A DNA stretch of 64,000 nucleotides from Bacillota bacterium (GCA_050952625.1 JBMNLH010000001.1:1504001-1568000); one strand, 5' to 3'; positions 19,782 to 29,619 are shown, numbered from the stretch's first letter. Numbers and translations: made by a program. Notes: generated from the sequence alone by a model not told the origin.

Positions 19782-20882
19782 TCATCGGTGGCGGAGAGAA
19801 ACCGTTATACTCCCCAGGTCCGCGTTCAGCCGAATCCGTCCTTGCCCATCGCCTAATTGGGTGACTCTTTTATTGCCTTCAATTTTCCAGGGACTTTGCT
19901 CTGACCAATTAACAGAACCACGGTTAGCCTCAGCTTCCAGGATGGCATTTGAGTTGTCGGGAATTTGTACCTCAATTGAGCCCATTGCGGTCCGCAGGTC
20001 CCAGTTGTGAGCCACCGGGTAATCGGTCCGGACGTTAATCTGTCCTTTGTCTGCCTCAATCACCAGATCACCTTGGCAGTCTCTGACAACAACCATGCCT
20101 AGGTTAGATTTTAAGACCATATTCCCTTGTCCGTTTTCCACCCGGATATTTCCCGAATTATTTTCTACCGCCACTTTGCCCTGGCACCCTTTCACCACGG
20201 TCTCCCCCAGATTATTGATAATACCCAGATCGCCGGCCAAATCTTCAACAGATACCTGACCGGCCTTGTTATCAACCTCCAGGTTTAAATTGGGCGGTAA
20301 TTCAATATCGTGATTGACTCGGACACCCCGTTGGTTTGGTCCTTCATCAACTCGAATCAGCAAAGGATCTCCTGGTGTTACTTTAACCTCAGCGAGCTGT
20401 TCTTGACCGGAATTGCCATCTGATATCTGACCTTTAACGTGAATCTGCCCATCCTGCGAAGCCCGAACTTTAACCCCGCCCAACTTATTTTCTATCCGCA
20501 CCCCCTGGCCTTGATAATCGCCGATTGGAGCTAATTCAAACGAACGGCTGACACTCCGGTGTGGCCCCAAGTTAGTTAATTCATCCCTTAATTCCCAAAA
20601 GGGGGTCTTGGGCACCCAGGCTCCGACCGCCAAACCACCCGAAATAAGGGCTAAGATCAGCAGACTGCCCAGGCTCCACCGAATCCGAGTCTCCGGGCCA
20701 AACTGACGGTATCGCCACAAATACTCCAACCCCAAAAGAACCAGGAGCAAGGGCCACCACCGGGTCAGGTAACTAAAGGTAACGTAGGGGGTGAGGTTCT
20801 GGATTAACCAAGCCGCGCCTAACCCAATGAGCGAAACAGCCAGAGTGATTACGCCTACTCGCACCGGTTCTCGCTTATTCAT
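19782..20882 (-). CDS. Membrane-anchored DUF4097 beta-strand repeat (LiaG-like) protein
   Basis: N-terminal TM segments with WWPLLLVLLGLE; repeated G.I.V beta-solenoid units. Confidence 0.8.
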   Translation of the reverse strand: MNKREPVRVGVITLAVSLIGLGAAWLIQNLTPYVTFSYLTRWWPLLLVLLGLEYLWRYRQFGPETRIRWSLGSLLILALISGGLAVGAWVPKTPFWELRDELTNLGPHRSVSRSFELAPIGDYQGQGVRIENKLGGVKVRASQDGQIHVKGQISDGNSGQEQLAEVKVTPGDPLLIRVDEGPNQRGVRVNHDIELPPNLNLEVDNKAGQVSVEDLAGDLGIINNLGETVVKGCQGKVAVENNSGNIRVENGQGNMVLKSNLGMVVVRDCQGDLVIEADKGQINVRTDYPVAHNWDLRTAMGSIEVQIPDNSNAILEAEANRGSVNWSEQSPWKIEGNKRVTQLGDGQGRIRLNADLGSITVSLRHR

Positions 20883-21858
20883 CTTGGTCTAATACCTCCT
20901 TCCGTGGCGACCGAGTCCGGTAGAGGATCAGTAACCCCAAGCCGATTAAAACAATCGGTCCTCCGAGCATTCGGATATACTTTTCCACTAACAGACTAGG
21001 GAAAAGGTTATTTAACAGAAGCAAGGCCCCGGCTCCGATCAAGATATAGGCAACAATCGCGCTGTACCGTTTTGTCTGCGGATTAGTCTGAGAAGTCAGG
21101 GGCATCTCAGGCGGAACCGGTTGCCGGATATCTGACGCGACCGGGTCGGATATGGTTAATTCTACTTCCCCACTTACTGAAGCTTTCTCGTCGCCGGTTG
21201 TCCAAGCAGATGAAGACGCCTCTCCTGCGGGGTATTGATTTGAAACACCGGGGTCGATCCGGTCCGAATCATTTTGGGCCGAACTGCCGCCCACATTGAA
21301 ACCACTCGTTCCGGTTGCTGTTCCTGGCTGAACAGTCGATGAAAACGGTCCGGCTGACCGGGAAGCATCTGGGCCGGGATTCTGGGTCATCGGGTTTTTC
21401 AAGCCAATTGACTTCCACTCAAAAAATCCTCGGTCTAGTATCCGGCCGGTTCGATTTAGGTCCCCCGCAATCTGCTGAGTATCAAAAATCGTGTATAACA
21501 TTAGGACCGGTATCACCAAACCGTTTAAAAAATCAAGGTTTAGCACTTCACTTAGAAAGATAGTCCCAACAAAGATCAACAGAGTCTGCAAGCCGCGATT
21601 CATTAAACCTAGATACATGTAGCCACCACCGGGGATTATAGACAACAGCAAGGCTAAGCCGCGGCTCTTTGACTGTCCTGGTTCAAGCTGCACCCAACTC
21701 GCTTCAGTTGATTGACTGCTCTTACCTAAGGCACTTGTTGCGCAGCTTCGACAGTAAATTTGTCCATTGACTGAAACCGTACAACTGCTGCAGATTGGTT
21801 GCCTGCAACTGTGGCAGTGTTCAACCTCTGGGGCGGATGGATGGTAAATACAGGACAT
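20875..21858 (-). CDS. B-box zinc-finger membrane protein
   Basis: CxxH...CxxC...CxxC...CxxC N-terminus; IPGGGYMYLG TM2-like segment; C-terminal TM hairpin. Confidence 0.8.
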   Translation of the reverse strand: MSCIYHPSAPEVEHCHSCRQPICSSCTVSVNGQIYCRSCATSALGKSSQSTEASWVQLEPGQSKSRGLALLLSIIPGGGYMYLGLMNRGLQTLLIFVGTIFLSEVLNLDFLNGLVIPVLMLYTIFDTQQIAGDLNRTGRILDRGFFEWKSIGLKNPMTQNPGPDASRSAGPFSSTVQPGTATGTSGFNVGGSSAQNDSDRIDPGVSNQYPAGEASSSAWTTGDEKASVSGEVELTISDPVASDIRQPVPPEMPLTSQTNPQTKRYSAIVAYILIGAGALLLLNNLFPSLLVEKYIRMLGGPIVLIGLGLLILYRTRSPRKEVLDQDE

Positions 21859-21884
21859 TTTTCTTTTCCCCCTTATCTACACTT

Positions 21885-21963
21885 GTGTTTTACTCAGTCA
21901 GCAGGCTAGACTGGATCGAAAACTAGGTGATGCATATCGCCAATCGCTGACTTTTTATAACAT
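21885..21963 (-). repeat. Internally deleted copy of the GTGTTTT...AAAACAC long-hairpin repeat
   Basis: Minus strand gtcagcgattggcgat...ccagtctagcctgctgactgagtaaaacac matches the 55092 and 55285 copies. Confidence 0.8.
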
Positions 21964-22055
21964 GGTGTGTACGTGCTTAGCGAGGTTTAAACCTTAGCAG
22001 CCTTTGCGTTAAAAACTCATAGTGAGCACCTCACCCCTCACACCTAACAACTGCC

Positions 22056-22625
22056 CTAGATCAGCCAGAAAACCAACAAACTGTAAAACGAGCCAACAAC
22101 CTCTATCCGCACATTCCACAAAAAGTCTTCTACTGCCTGACCGGTGCTGGCATCCAACTGAAACAAACTGAAAAATTCTTGCCAGGGACTATTTTGAACA
22201 AGTGAGATGATTTCTTTCCCCAAGGAATAACTGCCCCAGTCTGTAAAAAACAACCAGGTAGCAGCTAGCGCAGCCCCCAGGTTAATTAGTGAGCCCCACA
22301 AATCAGACTGGCTGTTGGTCCCTTCAGGCTTTGTTAGCCTGGTCCACCGAGCAGCGGCTCGCTCAATCAGCTTCGGTTTCGCCTGCTTAAGCGCAACTTC
22401 TTTATCCGCTAGAGCTACTTGTTCCATGATTGCAGCCAACAATTCCGGAGGCGGTTCGCCGGCGGGGAATTCACTCAGCACCTGGTCTAATTCCGCCCAA
22501 GCTTTCAGCTCTTGCTGACATAAGATGCATTCTGCCAGATGTTGTTCAATTCCTTGTCTGGAACAACCATCGACTGCCCCGTCTCGGTAATTGGGCAGTT
22601 GTCTTTGCACTTGTCGGCATCTCAA
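22056..22625 (-). CDS. Zinc-binding anti-sigma factor (zf-HC2, RsiW-like)
   Basis: C...HLAECILC motif and TM segment; follows the ECF sigma; TTG start with GGGGGTG SD. Confidence 0.85.
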   Translation of the reverse strand: MRCRQVQRQLPNYRDGAVDGCSRQGIEQHLAECILCQQELKAWAELDQVLSEFPAGEPPPELLAAIMEQVALADKEVALKQAKPKLIERAAARWTRLTKPEGTNSQSDLWGSLINLGAALAATWLFFTDWGSYSLGKEIISLVQNSPWQEFFSLFQLDASTGQAVEDFLWNVRIEVVGSFYSLLVFWLI

Positions 22626-23208
22626 TTCCCACACCCCCTTTTTCCGGGTTGTTTTCCTTTTTAATTCGCTCTTTTAACATCACCCGGGCTCGATAGAGCC
22701 GAGTTTCCACGGTTCGAGCCGGGATTGTTAAGGTTTCCGCAATCCTTTCGTAAGAAAAACCATGATAGTAGTGCAACACCAGGACTAAACGGTACTTTTC
22801 CGGCAAAGAATCCAGGAGAAATCGAACTCGCTCTGCCTCCTCCTTTTTCAGATATATTTCCTCCGGAGTAAGATTTAGTAATTGCTCCTGACGACTCATA
22901 AGCCCAAATCCGCGAGTCAGTTTATCCTTAATCGATAATGATTGATGCCGGTGTTTCCTAAGCCAATCAACTACTTTGTTGCTGGCTACCCGATAAATCC
23001 AGGTAGCAAAACGGGCTTCGCCGCGAAAACTGCTCAGGTTTCGATAAACTTGGAGGAAAATCTCCTGGGTTAAATCACGGGCATCCTCGCCGAACCCCAC
23101 CATCTGGCCGGCCAGGTTATAGATTGGACCCTGGTATCGCTCTACTAACTGAGCAAAGGCCTGCCGATCTCCTTGAATCACAAGTCGGACCAATTCTTCA
23201 TCCCCCAA
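22546..23208 (-). CDS. ECF RNA polymerase sigma factor (SigW-like)
   Basis: AFAQLVERY, DLTQEIF, FATWIYRVA, SYERIA, TVETRLYRAR. Confidence 0.92.
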   Translation of the reverse strand: MGDEELVRLVIQGDRQAFAQLVERYQGPIYNLAGQMVGFGEDARDLTQEIFLQVYRNLSSFRGEARFATWIYRVASNKVVDWLRKHRHQSLSIKDKLTRGFGLMSRQEQLLNLTPEEIYLKKEEAERVRFLLDSLPEKYRLVLVLHYYHGFSYERIAETLTIPARTVETRLYRARVMLKERIKKENNPEKGGVGIEMPTSAKTTAQLPRRGSRWLFQTRN

Positions 23209-23479
23209 GGGTCCAATCCCCCCTTCGTTGCTGATTTTAGTCTTATATATTTAGACGCGATCTTTGGATATGGTACTTCATTTTGGCTCAAAATAATTGT
23301 GATCGAAATATCTGAAGTATGACGAATGATCAACCCGGCTAATATTAAAACTAACCTTAAAAATTAGGTTAGCCCAAATATCCCGCTTCTACAAGCCGTT
23401 TAGTCCGGCCAGGATAAATACTTTATATCAGAGACTAATGAGCTAACATTTTGCGAACCGCAAAGGGGGTGATTCGCAA

Positions 23480-23620
23480 TTGGAACTTAATCAGCTAGAT
23501 AGAATTCCTTTAGCCAACCTTACTGATCATGAGCTTCAGATGCTTCGGCAGTTAGAAGAAAAATTCAATGACCGCTACTATCTGATTGCTTTTCAGAAGC
23601 CTGACGAAGAAAGATTTTAA
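23480..23620 (+). CDS. Small 46-aa protein, not in the ORF track
   Basis: SD GGGGGTGA then TTG; MELNQLDRIPLANLTDHELQMLRQLEEKFNDRYYLIAFQKPDEERF. Confidence 0.7.
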   Translation: MELNQLDRIPLANLTDHELQMLRQLEEKFNDRYYLIAFQKPDEERF

Positions 23621-23765
23621 CCGGCACCACAGAGGACATTCGGCACTTGAAGTATTTTTCTATCAGCTAAAGGAAAGCTTATAAAAGATACGCTTAAAAA
23701 ATTCGGGCAGGCTAGCTTTTTTAGTATCTGTATTTTTAATGATTAGAGGGCGAGGCGAGAAAAAA

Positions 23766-24239
23766 GTGCCGGATAGAATTGAAAAGTATCTGGTCTCCAA
23801 TAGTTTAAGCATGACCCGGGACTATGCTAACCGTGAAGAACCCTTCAAACTAAATCAAGGCGAGCGTTCGGTCCTGGGCTACTTCCCTAGTAGTACTAAA
23901 GCGGACAAAGCTGTTGAGCAACTGAAAAACATGGGTATCAAGACCGTCCAATTAGACCGTGTCAGCCGCTATGGCGTAAGCAATGATGGTGAATACAACA
24001 CTCCCCTGACCGGAACCGCCTCCACGCAAACCGGGTTAAGCCTTTTTTCGACTGAGATTGGCGAGATTGCCGACCCCAGTGCCCGAGTTCTCCTGGGAGC
24101 TGACCCTTCAGTTAGTGGTATGGCTAGCCGTGGCTATGGTATGGCAGGCGGCTACCCGTTTCTAGTGACGGTTGTGACTGACGATAACCAGGCTGACGAA
24201 GTGACCCGAATTATTGAAGCGCATGGCGGGTATGTCTAG
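23766..24239 (+). CDS. Hypothetical protein, probably co-transcribed with the SpoIID-like gene
   Basis: Long ORF 29 nt upstream of the SpoIID-like gene; start uncertain. Confidence 0.65.
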   Translation: MPDRIEKYLVSNSLSMTRDYANREEPFKLNQGERSVLGYFPSSTKADKAVEQLKNMGIKTVQLDRVSRYGVSNDGEYNTPLTGTASTQTGLSLFSTEIGEIADPSARVLLGADPSVSGMASRGYGMAGGYPFLVTVVTDDNQADEVTRIIEAHGGYV

Positions 24240-24268
24240 AGGTCTAAATAAAGGAGGGGGATTTAATC

Positions 24269-25255
24269 ATGGGTCGAAGGAAAAAATCAAGTTTGGCAGT
24301 ATTTCTGACACTGTTCCTTATCTGCATCTTCATTCTAGCTGGCTGTGATCAACCACAGCAGAAACCGGGTGGCCAGACCGCACTCCCGGCAATCCCGGGG
24401 CCAATCAACAAAGGGGCCGGAGTTGAACCAGAACTGCTGGTTTATCTGGATGATCAAAAAAGGGTCCAGAGTATGCCCATGGAAAAATACATTCAGGGAG
24501 TAGTCGCCGGAGAAATGGAGCCGGACTGGCCGGAAAATGCCCTGGCCGCTCAGGCAATTTTAGCTCGAACCTTCACGCTGCAAAAAATTGCGGAAAAAAA
24601 TAAGTTAGAAAACCGTAATGCTCATGCCTCGACAAACGAAAAAGAATTCCAGGCTTATGATGCCTCCAAAATTAACGACCGTATCAAAAATGCCGTTGAA
24701 AAAACACGCGGCCAGGTCCTGGTCCACAATGGCAACTACATTCGGGCCTGGTTTCACGCCTACAGCGGCGGCAAAACCGCTACAGCTCAAGAAGGTTTAG
24801 ATTTTAATCAAGGACCAACCCCTTATATCCAGTCGATCGATGACTCTAGTTTTGACCAGGGGATTCCGGCAGAAGTCCGGAACTGGACCGCCAGCTTTTC
24901 GCTGGATCGGGTTCGAACTGCGGTTAGACAAGTAACGGGTAAGGACCCTGGTGCGGTAACTAGGATTGAGATTGTGAAACGCTCCGAATCCGGTCGGGCA
25001 GCGACCCTGCGGGTCAACAACACGGAAGTAAACGGTAATGATTTCCGGCTGGCACTTGACAGCACAACCCTCAAGTCAACCTTAATCACTGATATTAAGA
25101 TTGCTAACAGCAAAGCGGTTTTTCAAGGGAAAGGTTATGGACATGGTGTGGGGATGTCCCAATGGGGGGCCCGGGTGATGGCCGAACAAGGAAAAAATCC
25201 GGAAGAGATTGCTTTGAATTATTTCCGGAATTGTCAAGTGGTGAAATTATGGTAG
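24269..25255 (+). CDS. SpoIID/LytB domain lipoprotein (lytic transglycosylase)
   Basis: Lipobox LAGC; YIQGVVAGEM, ALAAQAILART, GYGHGVGMSQWGA. Confidence 0.9.
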   Translation: MGRRKKSSLAVFLTLFLICIFILAGCDQPQQKPGGQTALPAIPGPINKGAGVEPELLVYLDDQKRVQSMPMEKYIQGVVAGEMEPDWPENALAAQAILARTFTLQKIAEKNKLENRNAHASTNEKEFQAYDASKINDRIKNAVEKTRGQVLVHNGNYIRAWFHAYSGGKTATAQEGLDFNQGPTPYIQSIDDSSFDQGIPAEVRNWTASFSLDRVRTAVRQVTGKDPGAVTRIEIVKRSESGRAATLRVNNTEVNGNDFRLALDSTTLKSTLITDIKIANSKAVFQGKGYGHGVGMSQWGARVMAEQGKNPEEIALNYFRNCQVVKLW

Positions 25256-25470
25256 ACAATAATCAAGATGCTGGTTGTCCTCTATGTAACAGTCTCATCT
25301 CATTACATCAAGTTTGTCCCCAATGTTACCAAACCTTGCTTGATGGTGGCCGGGTAGAGGACTTTTTAGCTCCGTATGCGCCATATGAAGAACTAGATAC
25401 GGATTGGGAACCATGCACTCACTTGATTTATTGCCCGGCCTGTGGTCAGGATTGGCGAGTGACAATCTAA
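25249..25470 (+). CDS. Small Zn-ribbon protein
   Basis: CPLC, CPQC, CxH and CPAC; ATG overlaps the end of the SpoIID-like gene. Confidence 0.7.
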   Translation: MVDNNQDAGCPLCNSLISLHQVCPQCYQTLLDGGRVEDFLAPYAPYEELDTDWEPCTHLIYCPACGQDWRVTI

Positions 25471-25504
25471 CCGGCCTGCCTCCGCGAAGAAGACCTAACT
25501 CCGC

Positions 25505-25698
25505 TATTAGATTGGGAGTCTTTGATTTAGATAAACGCAGGCATCAAACCTGTCTTGGATTAAAGGATGATGCCTGCTTTATCTTTAGCTGTTTTTGGGA
25601 AATCGTCAGTTTCACTGGCGGAAGGCATACCTGGTGCGCTTAACTGACTTATCCGCTATTTTCATAGGTGGTTGTGTCCTTGGGGCATGGGTTATTAA
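25505..25698 (-). repeat. CATG-hairpin-CACAACCAC-ATGAAAAT site (25657-25698) followed by a degenerate long-hairpin cargo
   Basis: Minus strand taataacccatgccccaaggacacaaccacctatgaaaata; stem GCAGGCATCA (25537) / TGATGCCTGC (25568) identical to the 55-kb repeat. Confidence 0.7.
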
Positions 25699-25715
25699 TA
25701 AGTTGGCTAACCGAG

Positions 25716-25964
25716 TTACTGATCGATAATCTCTTCGCTCGTATCCGGTATTGCGTAAAAAACTACCAGATCATTTTCCTTCAAAAGATAATCACCCATC
25801 TGAACACTACCATTCACAATAGCCATATAGGCCATTTCTCCGGGTATCCCTAATCGTTCGCCCAACTGAGCCAAGACTGTCCCATCCTCAACCTCAATTT
25901 CCGTCCAGTAGGAAGTCTCATCCGTCATGTATAAGGAACTAACTATCTCGACTAATACCAGCAA
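25716..25964 (-). CDS. MoaD/ThiS-like beta-grasp protein lacking C-terminal GG
   Basis: GT...L..RLGIP....AIVNG.....YLLKENDLVVF pattern; AAGGAG SD. Confidence 0.7.
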   Translation of the reverse strand: MLVLVEIVSSLYMTDETSYWTEIEVEDGTVLAQLGERLGIPGEMAYMAIVNGSVQMGDYLLKENDLVVFYAIPDTSEEIIDQ

Positions 25965-26092
25965 TCTAGACTACTCCTTTATCACTACGCTCTCTGCTGT
26001 AAAGTAGTATTAGTCACAAATTATAAATTCATCCCCGCTCCGCTGAAGCCGATAGGAATCGCACTTAGTTCACATGAATACTGTAGACATTA

Positions 26093-26581
26093 TTAGGTAA
26101 TCTTTTCTAATGAATGATCAATAGTTTCTAACCCCATAAATCCCTGTTGACGCAGGGCCTCATACAAAATCACCGCCACTGAGTTGGACAGGTTGAGTGA
26201 ACGCGCTTCCTGACGTATGGGAATGCGCATACACCGCTCCGCGTTGTCTTTTAGCAATGTGAACGGGAGTCCTTTAGTCTCTTTGCCAAAAACTAGAAAA
26301 CTATCCGAGGGAAAGCAAAATGAGGTGTAAGGTTTACCTCCTTTAGTTGTTGCAAAAAAGAAACTGTTTCTGGGGTGACTTGCAAAGAGTTCCTGGAAGC
26401 TGTCATGGTAACGGATATCTACTAAATGCCAGTAGTCCAAACCGGCTCGTTTAAGATAACGGTCATCAGTCGAAAAACCTAACGGTCGAACCAAATGAAG
26501 GATAGTGCCAGTAGCTGCACAGGTTCGGGCAATATTCCCTGTGTTATATGGTATCTCCGGTTCCACCAGAACAATATGCAT
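26093..26581 (-). CDS. trmL: tRNA (cytidine/uridine-34 2'-O)-methyltransferase
   Basis: PEIPYNTGNIARTC, RAGLDYW, FGKETKGL, RSLNLSN. Confidence 0.95.
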   Translation of the reverse strand: MHIVLVEPEIPYNTGNIARTCAATGTILHLVRPLGFSTDDRYLKRAGLDYWHLVDIRYHDSFQELFASHPRNSFFFATTKGGKPYTSFCFPSDSFLVFGKETKGLPFTLLKDNAERCMRIPIRQEARSLNLSNSVAVILYEALRQQGFMGLETIDHSLEKIT

Positions 26582-26722
26582 ACTTTGGATCCGTTCCTTT
26601 CTAGGTTTTATAGATTAAGTATACCCAAACGTCAGCTGCTCTTTATTAGCTAAGAGGCTTTCAGGGCAGTCTGCTCTACTCCGACAAAAACTACGCGCGT
26701 GTTTTAACTCGGTAATTTTTCC

Positions 26723-27409
26723 TTATCTGCTGGCAAGCTTCTTCTGAGTTAGTACCTGCCAATCTGCTTCAGAACAGAAGGGACGCAAGGGAATTGACTG
26801 ATAATCTCTGGCTCCTCGAAAAGGGTTATCGGCTCGGTCTGCTTCAAACCGAATCAGTTCCAGCATCATCTTCTCGTAACCGGACCAGGCTACATTAGCC
26901 CCCTGAATATTAAGAAACCCTTGTTCCGCAGCCAGTCGGATAAACTCGCCAATCCCGGCCGCCACCACCCCGTAAACCATTGTTTGGGCCTCGTCAGTCA
27001 TTGGCGTGCAGATATAGAGCCGACAGATTAGGGTGCGGTGAGGGTAAACGGTGCATAAGCCTTCCTGCAAAAAAATACAGGGGGAGGAGCGTAAACGGGG
27101 AAGCCCCTTACTCAGAAGTTCTTGATCAAAATACCGCTGGATAAACTCAGTCGGTTTTACACCTAATGATTCATGCAGCCAACCAAAGGAGATGGCGTCC
27201 GGCAGGACAAAACACTCCCGGCAACAGTTAACTGAGCAGCCCCGACAGGGTCCTTGTTTTTCCGCCAAATAGGCCTTATAAATCTGAGCATCATCGCACC
27301 AGGGCTGAATAGCTTCAATCAGATCTTGCACCGTCGCCCTGTCATCATGGATCGCCAGGTCCAGCCCCCAAACCTCTTCAATTAAACAAGGGAAGAATTC
27401 TGCTTTCAT
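26723..27409 (-). CDS. YkgJ-family cysteine-cluster protein
   Basis: CRGCSVNCC, PCIFL...CTVY..R..ICRLY.C. Confidence 0.8.
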   Translation of the reverse strand: MKAEFFPCLIEEVWGLDLAIHDDRATVQDLIEAIQPWCDDAQIYKAYLAEKQGPCRGCSVNCCRECFVLPDAISFGWLHESLGVKPTEFIQRYFDQELLSKGLPRLRSSPCIFLQEGLCTVYPHRTLICRLYICTPMTDEAQTMVYGVVAAGIGEFIRLAAEQGFLNIQGANVAWSGYEKMMLELIRFEADRADNPFRGARDYQSIPLRPFCSEADWQVLTQKKLASR

Positions 27410-27445
27410 GCAAAAACCTTTCTTAAATTAAACAAAGTACCTAAA

Positions 27446-27500
27446 ATAAGCACTTACTAGAATAAGCACTTAGATAGAATAAGCATCCAGAATAAGTGCC
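27446..27500. repeat. Degenerate tandem repeat (AATAAGCAC core, 4 units)
   Basis: aataagcacttactag aataagcacttagatag aataagcatccag aataagtgcc. Confidence 0.75.
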
Positions 27501-27502
27501 TA

Positions 27503-27520
27503 GTGAACTCGTTCAGCTTC
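27503..27520 (-). mobile_element. Terminal fragment of the IS200/IS605/IS607-like right-end element
   Basis: gtgaactcgttcagcttc, identical to 14733-14750 and to the reverse complement of 36106-36123. Confidence 0.55.
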
Positions 27521-27596
27521 ATATCATTTTACTGCCATAAGAACATGATAGGCAATTTGGCATTCAGTTATCAAACTACTTTACATAGCACTTGTT

Positions 27597-27648
27597 GAAG
27601 ATACTAATAGAAGATACTAATAGAAGATACTAATAGAAGACACTAATA
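27597..27648. repeat. 13-bp tandem repeat (~4 units)
   Basis: gaagatactaata repeated. Confidence 0.9.
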
Positions 27649-28407
27649 CTTTATTACCGGTAACAGCAAATCAGGAAGCTCCCAGAGCGATTTAATTCGC
27701 CACGTGCATTCAGGGAAGGGCGGTTGAAGGGAGTGACTATACCAAATCGTTTTCATCCCAGCTCCCCGAGCTCCACTGATATCGGATATCGGATTGTCCC
27801 CGATATGAACAGTTACCCCCGGCTCTAACCCCAACTGGGTCAAAGTGAGTTCAAAAATCTTCGGATTTGGTTTGGCCACGCCTACCTCGTTGGAAAAAGT
27901 CAGCACCTTGAAAAAATGGTCAATATTTTCGCGTTTTAACAACTGCCGTAATACCTGGCCGGGTGAAGTGCCTGTATTACAGATCAGGCCAATTTTTAGG
28001 CGCGGGCTTAGAGCCGTTAAAGCTTCTCTAACCCCGTCAATCAGCGGTGGAGCTTCCTCCAGAAACATGGCCATATAAGCCGGTTCAACGGCCCGATAAA
28101 TCGCCTCGGTTTGCGGTACTCCTATCCGGGAGAGCAGCTCTAGGATCTGTTCTTCCGGCGTGAAATCAAGTCCCTCCTGCAGCTGGAGATCCAGGGTATA
28201 CTGCCTAATCGCCTGCAGTTCATGCGCTATTGTCTCTTCCGGGATAACCCAGCCAGCCTGTTTCAGACTCTGCATGACCCGGGAAACCCGTTTTGTCTCA
28301 AAAATTGGAAATTGGTCCCCCAAATAAAACAAAGTATCCCAAAAATCAAAGGTTATTCCCTGCAAAGCTGGCTTATTACCAACAAATTCCTGTTTTCTGC
28401 AATTCAT
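27643..28407 (-). CDS. HAD-family hydrolase
   Basis: FDFWDTL motif I, KPNPKIF and HIGDNPISDISGA; start uncertain. Confidence 0.88.
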   Translation of the reverse strand: MNCRKQEFVGNKPALQGITFDFWDTLFYLGDQFPIFETKRVSRVMQSLKQAGWVIPEETIAHELQAIRQYTLDLQLQEGLDFTPEEQILELLSRIGVPQTEAIYRAVEPAYMAMFLEEAPPLIDGVREALTALSPRLKIGLICNTGTSPGQVLRQLLKRENIDHFFKVLTFSNEVGVAKPNPKIFELTLTQLGLEPGVTVHIGDNPISDISGARGAGMKTIWYSHSLQPPFPECTWRIKSLWELPDLLLPVIKY

Positions 28408-28475
28408 AAAACTCACAACCTTAACTTTATCTTGATGGGACATAGGGACATATTTACCATCCCGGTTTAGATTAC

Positions 28476-28590
28476 TAACCGCATGCCTGTTAGGCACAAC
28501 CACGGATGAAAATAACACAAACTGCGAGAGAAACGTGTTATTTTCTGACTAACCGCCCATTCCCTAAGGTCACAAACTAAATGTTAAAAA
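28476..28590 (+). repeat. Site - short hairpin cargo - site compound repeat
   Basis: taaccgcatgcctgttaggcacaaccacggatgaaaat + aacac...gtgtt + attttctgactaaccgcccattccctaaggtcacaaac. Confidence 0.8.
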
Positions 28591-28741
28591 ATATAGTAAA
28601 GCTTCCCGTCCTAGAAATAATCTAGTATTATTTAACGGTGAAGACTAAAACTTGTTTCCAAAACACAGGCTATTCTCTAAGTTCGCTAACCAGGTATTGT
28701 TTTGGATGGAATTTAGTATTGTTACGGAGGGCACGATCAGG

Positions 28742-29611
28742 ATGATTGACCAAGACTACCCGTCGATTAATTCTACATTGGAATCTAAGCAACATACCAA
28801 TCAGGTTCCAGCAAAAGATGACTGCCAACTAAGCCTGGCTTATTTACGCTGGATCCTGTCCCGAGTTCGCCGGGCAATCAAAGACTTTAGCCTAATTGAA
28901 CCCAATGATCGCATTGCCGTGGGAATTTCTGGGGGCAAGGACAGTATCGCCCTTCTTCACCTGCTGGCTCGCTTACGATCATATCGTGGGTTTAATTTTG
29001 AGCTAATCCCAATCCATTTGTCCCTTGGCTGGGAAGGTCTAGGGCTAATGGGGCCTGAGCTTCCCCCCCTGCAACAGTACTGCGCTAATCTAAACCTACC
29101 CCTCTATATTGAAAAAACTCAAATAGCGGAAATAGTTTTTGTCGCCAGACAGGAGTCTAACCCCTGTTCGCTGTGTGCCAAGATGCGACGCGGGGCTTTA
29201 CACAACACAGCCTTAGCCCTGGGCTGCAACAAGGTTGCCCTGGGACATCATGCTGACGATGTAGTTGAGACTCTCTTTCTTAATCTCTTCTACACTGGGA
29301 AGCTGGGCACCTTCTCGCCGCGGACGTATCTTAGCAAAAAAAATCTGGTTCTGATCCGGCCGATGGTGTATCTACCGGAGCGAGCCCTCCAATCTTTAAC
29401 CAGAAGCCTAAATCTCCCTATCATTGTAAACCCCTGTCCGGCCAGCGGCCAAACCAAAAGGCAGGAAATGAAAAAGATTGTCAACTTCCTGGAATCACGT
29501 TATCCGGATGTTCGGGAGAAAGTCCTCACAGCCTTGGGCAACCGCGACTTGGACGAACAGTGGTTGCGGTCCGGCAGGGGAGGGAGGAGGATTGATTCTT
29601 CTGCTGATTAA
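28742..29611 (+). CDS. ttcA: tRNA 2-thiocytidine biosynthesis protein TtcA family
   Basis: SGGKDS, PCSLCAKMRRG, LGHHADD, IRPM, NPCP; GGAGGG upstream. Confidence 0.88.
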   Translation: MIDQDYPSINSTLESKQHTNQVPAKDDCQLSLAYLRWILSRVRRAIKDFSLIEPNDRIAVGISGGKDSIALLHLLARLRSYRGFNFELIPIHLSLGWEGLGLMGPELPPLQQYCANLNLPLYIEKTQIAEIVFVARQESNPCSLCAKMRRGALHNTALALGCNKVALGHHADDVVETLFLNLFYTGKLGTFSPRTYLSKKNLVLIRPMVYLPERALQSLTRSLNLPIIVNPCPASGQTKRQEMKKIVNFLESRYPDVREKVLTALGNRDLDEQWLRSGRGGRRIDSSAD

Positions 29612-29619
29612 TTCTCATG

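Noticed and set aside
27446-27648. Short repeats as a mini-CRISPR or iterons
   Set aside because: Adjacent tandem units with no spacers and no rep gene; simple slippage repeats
28476-28590. Classical integron attC sites
   Set aside because: No RYYYAAC...GTTRRRY pair and no intI in the window; kept as an unclassified site family
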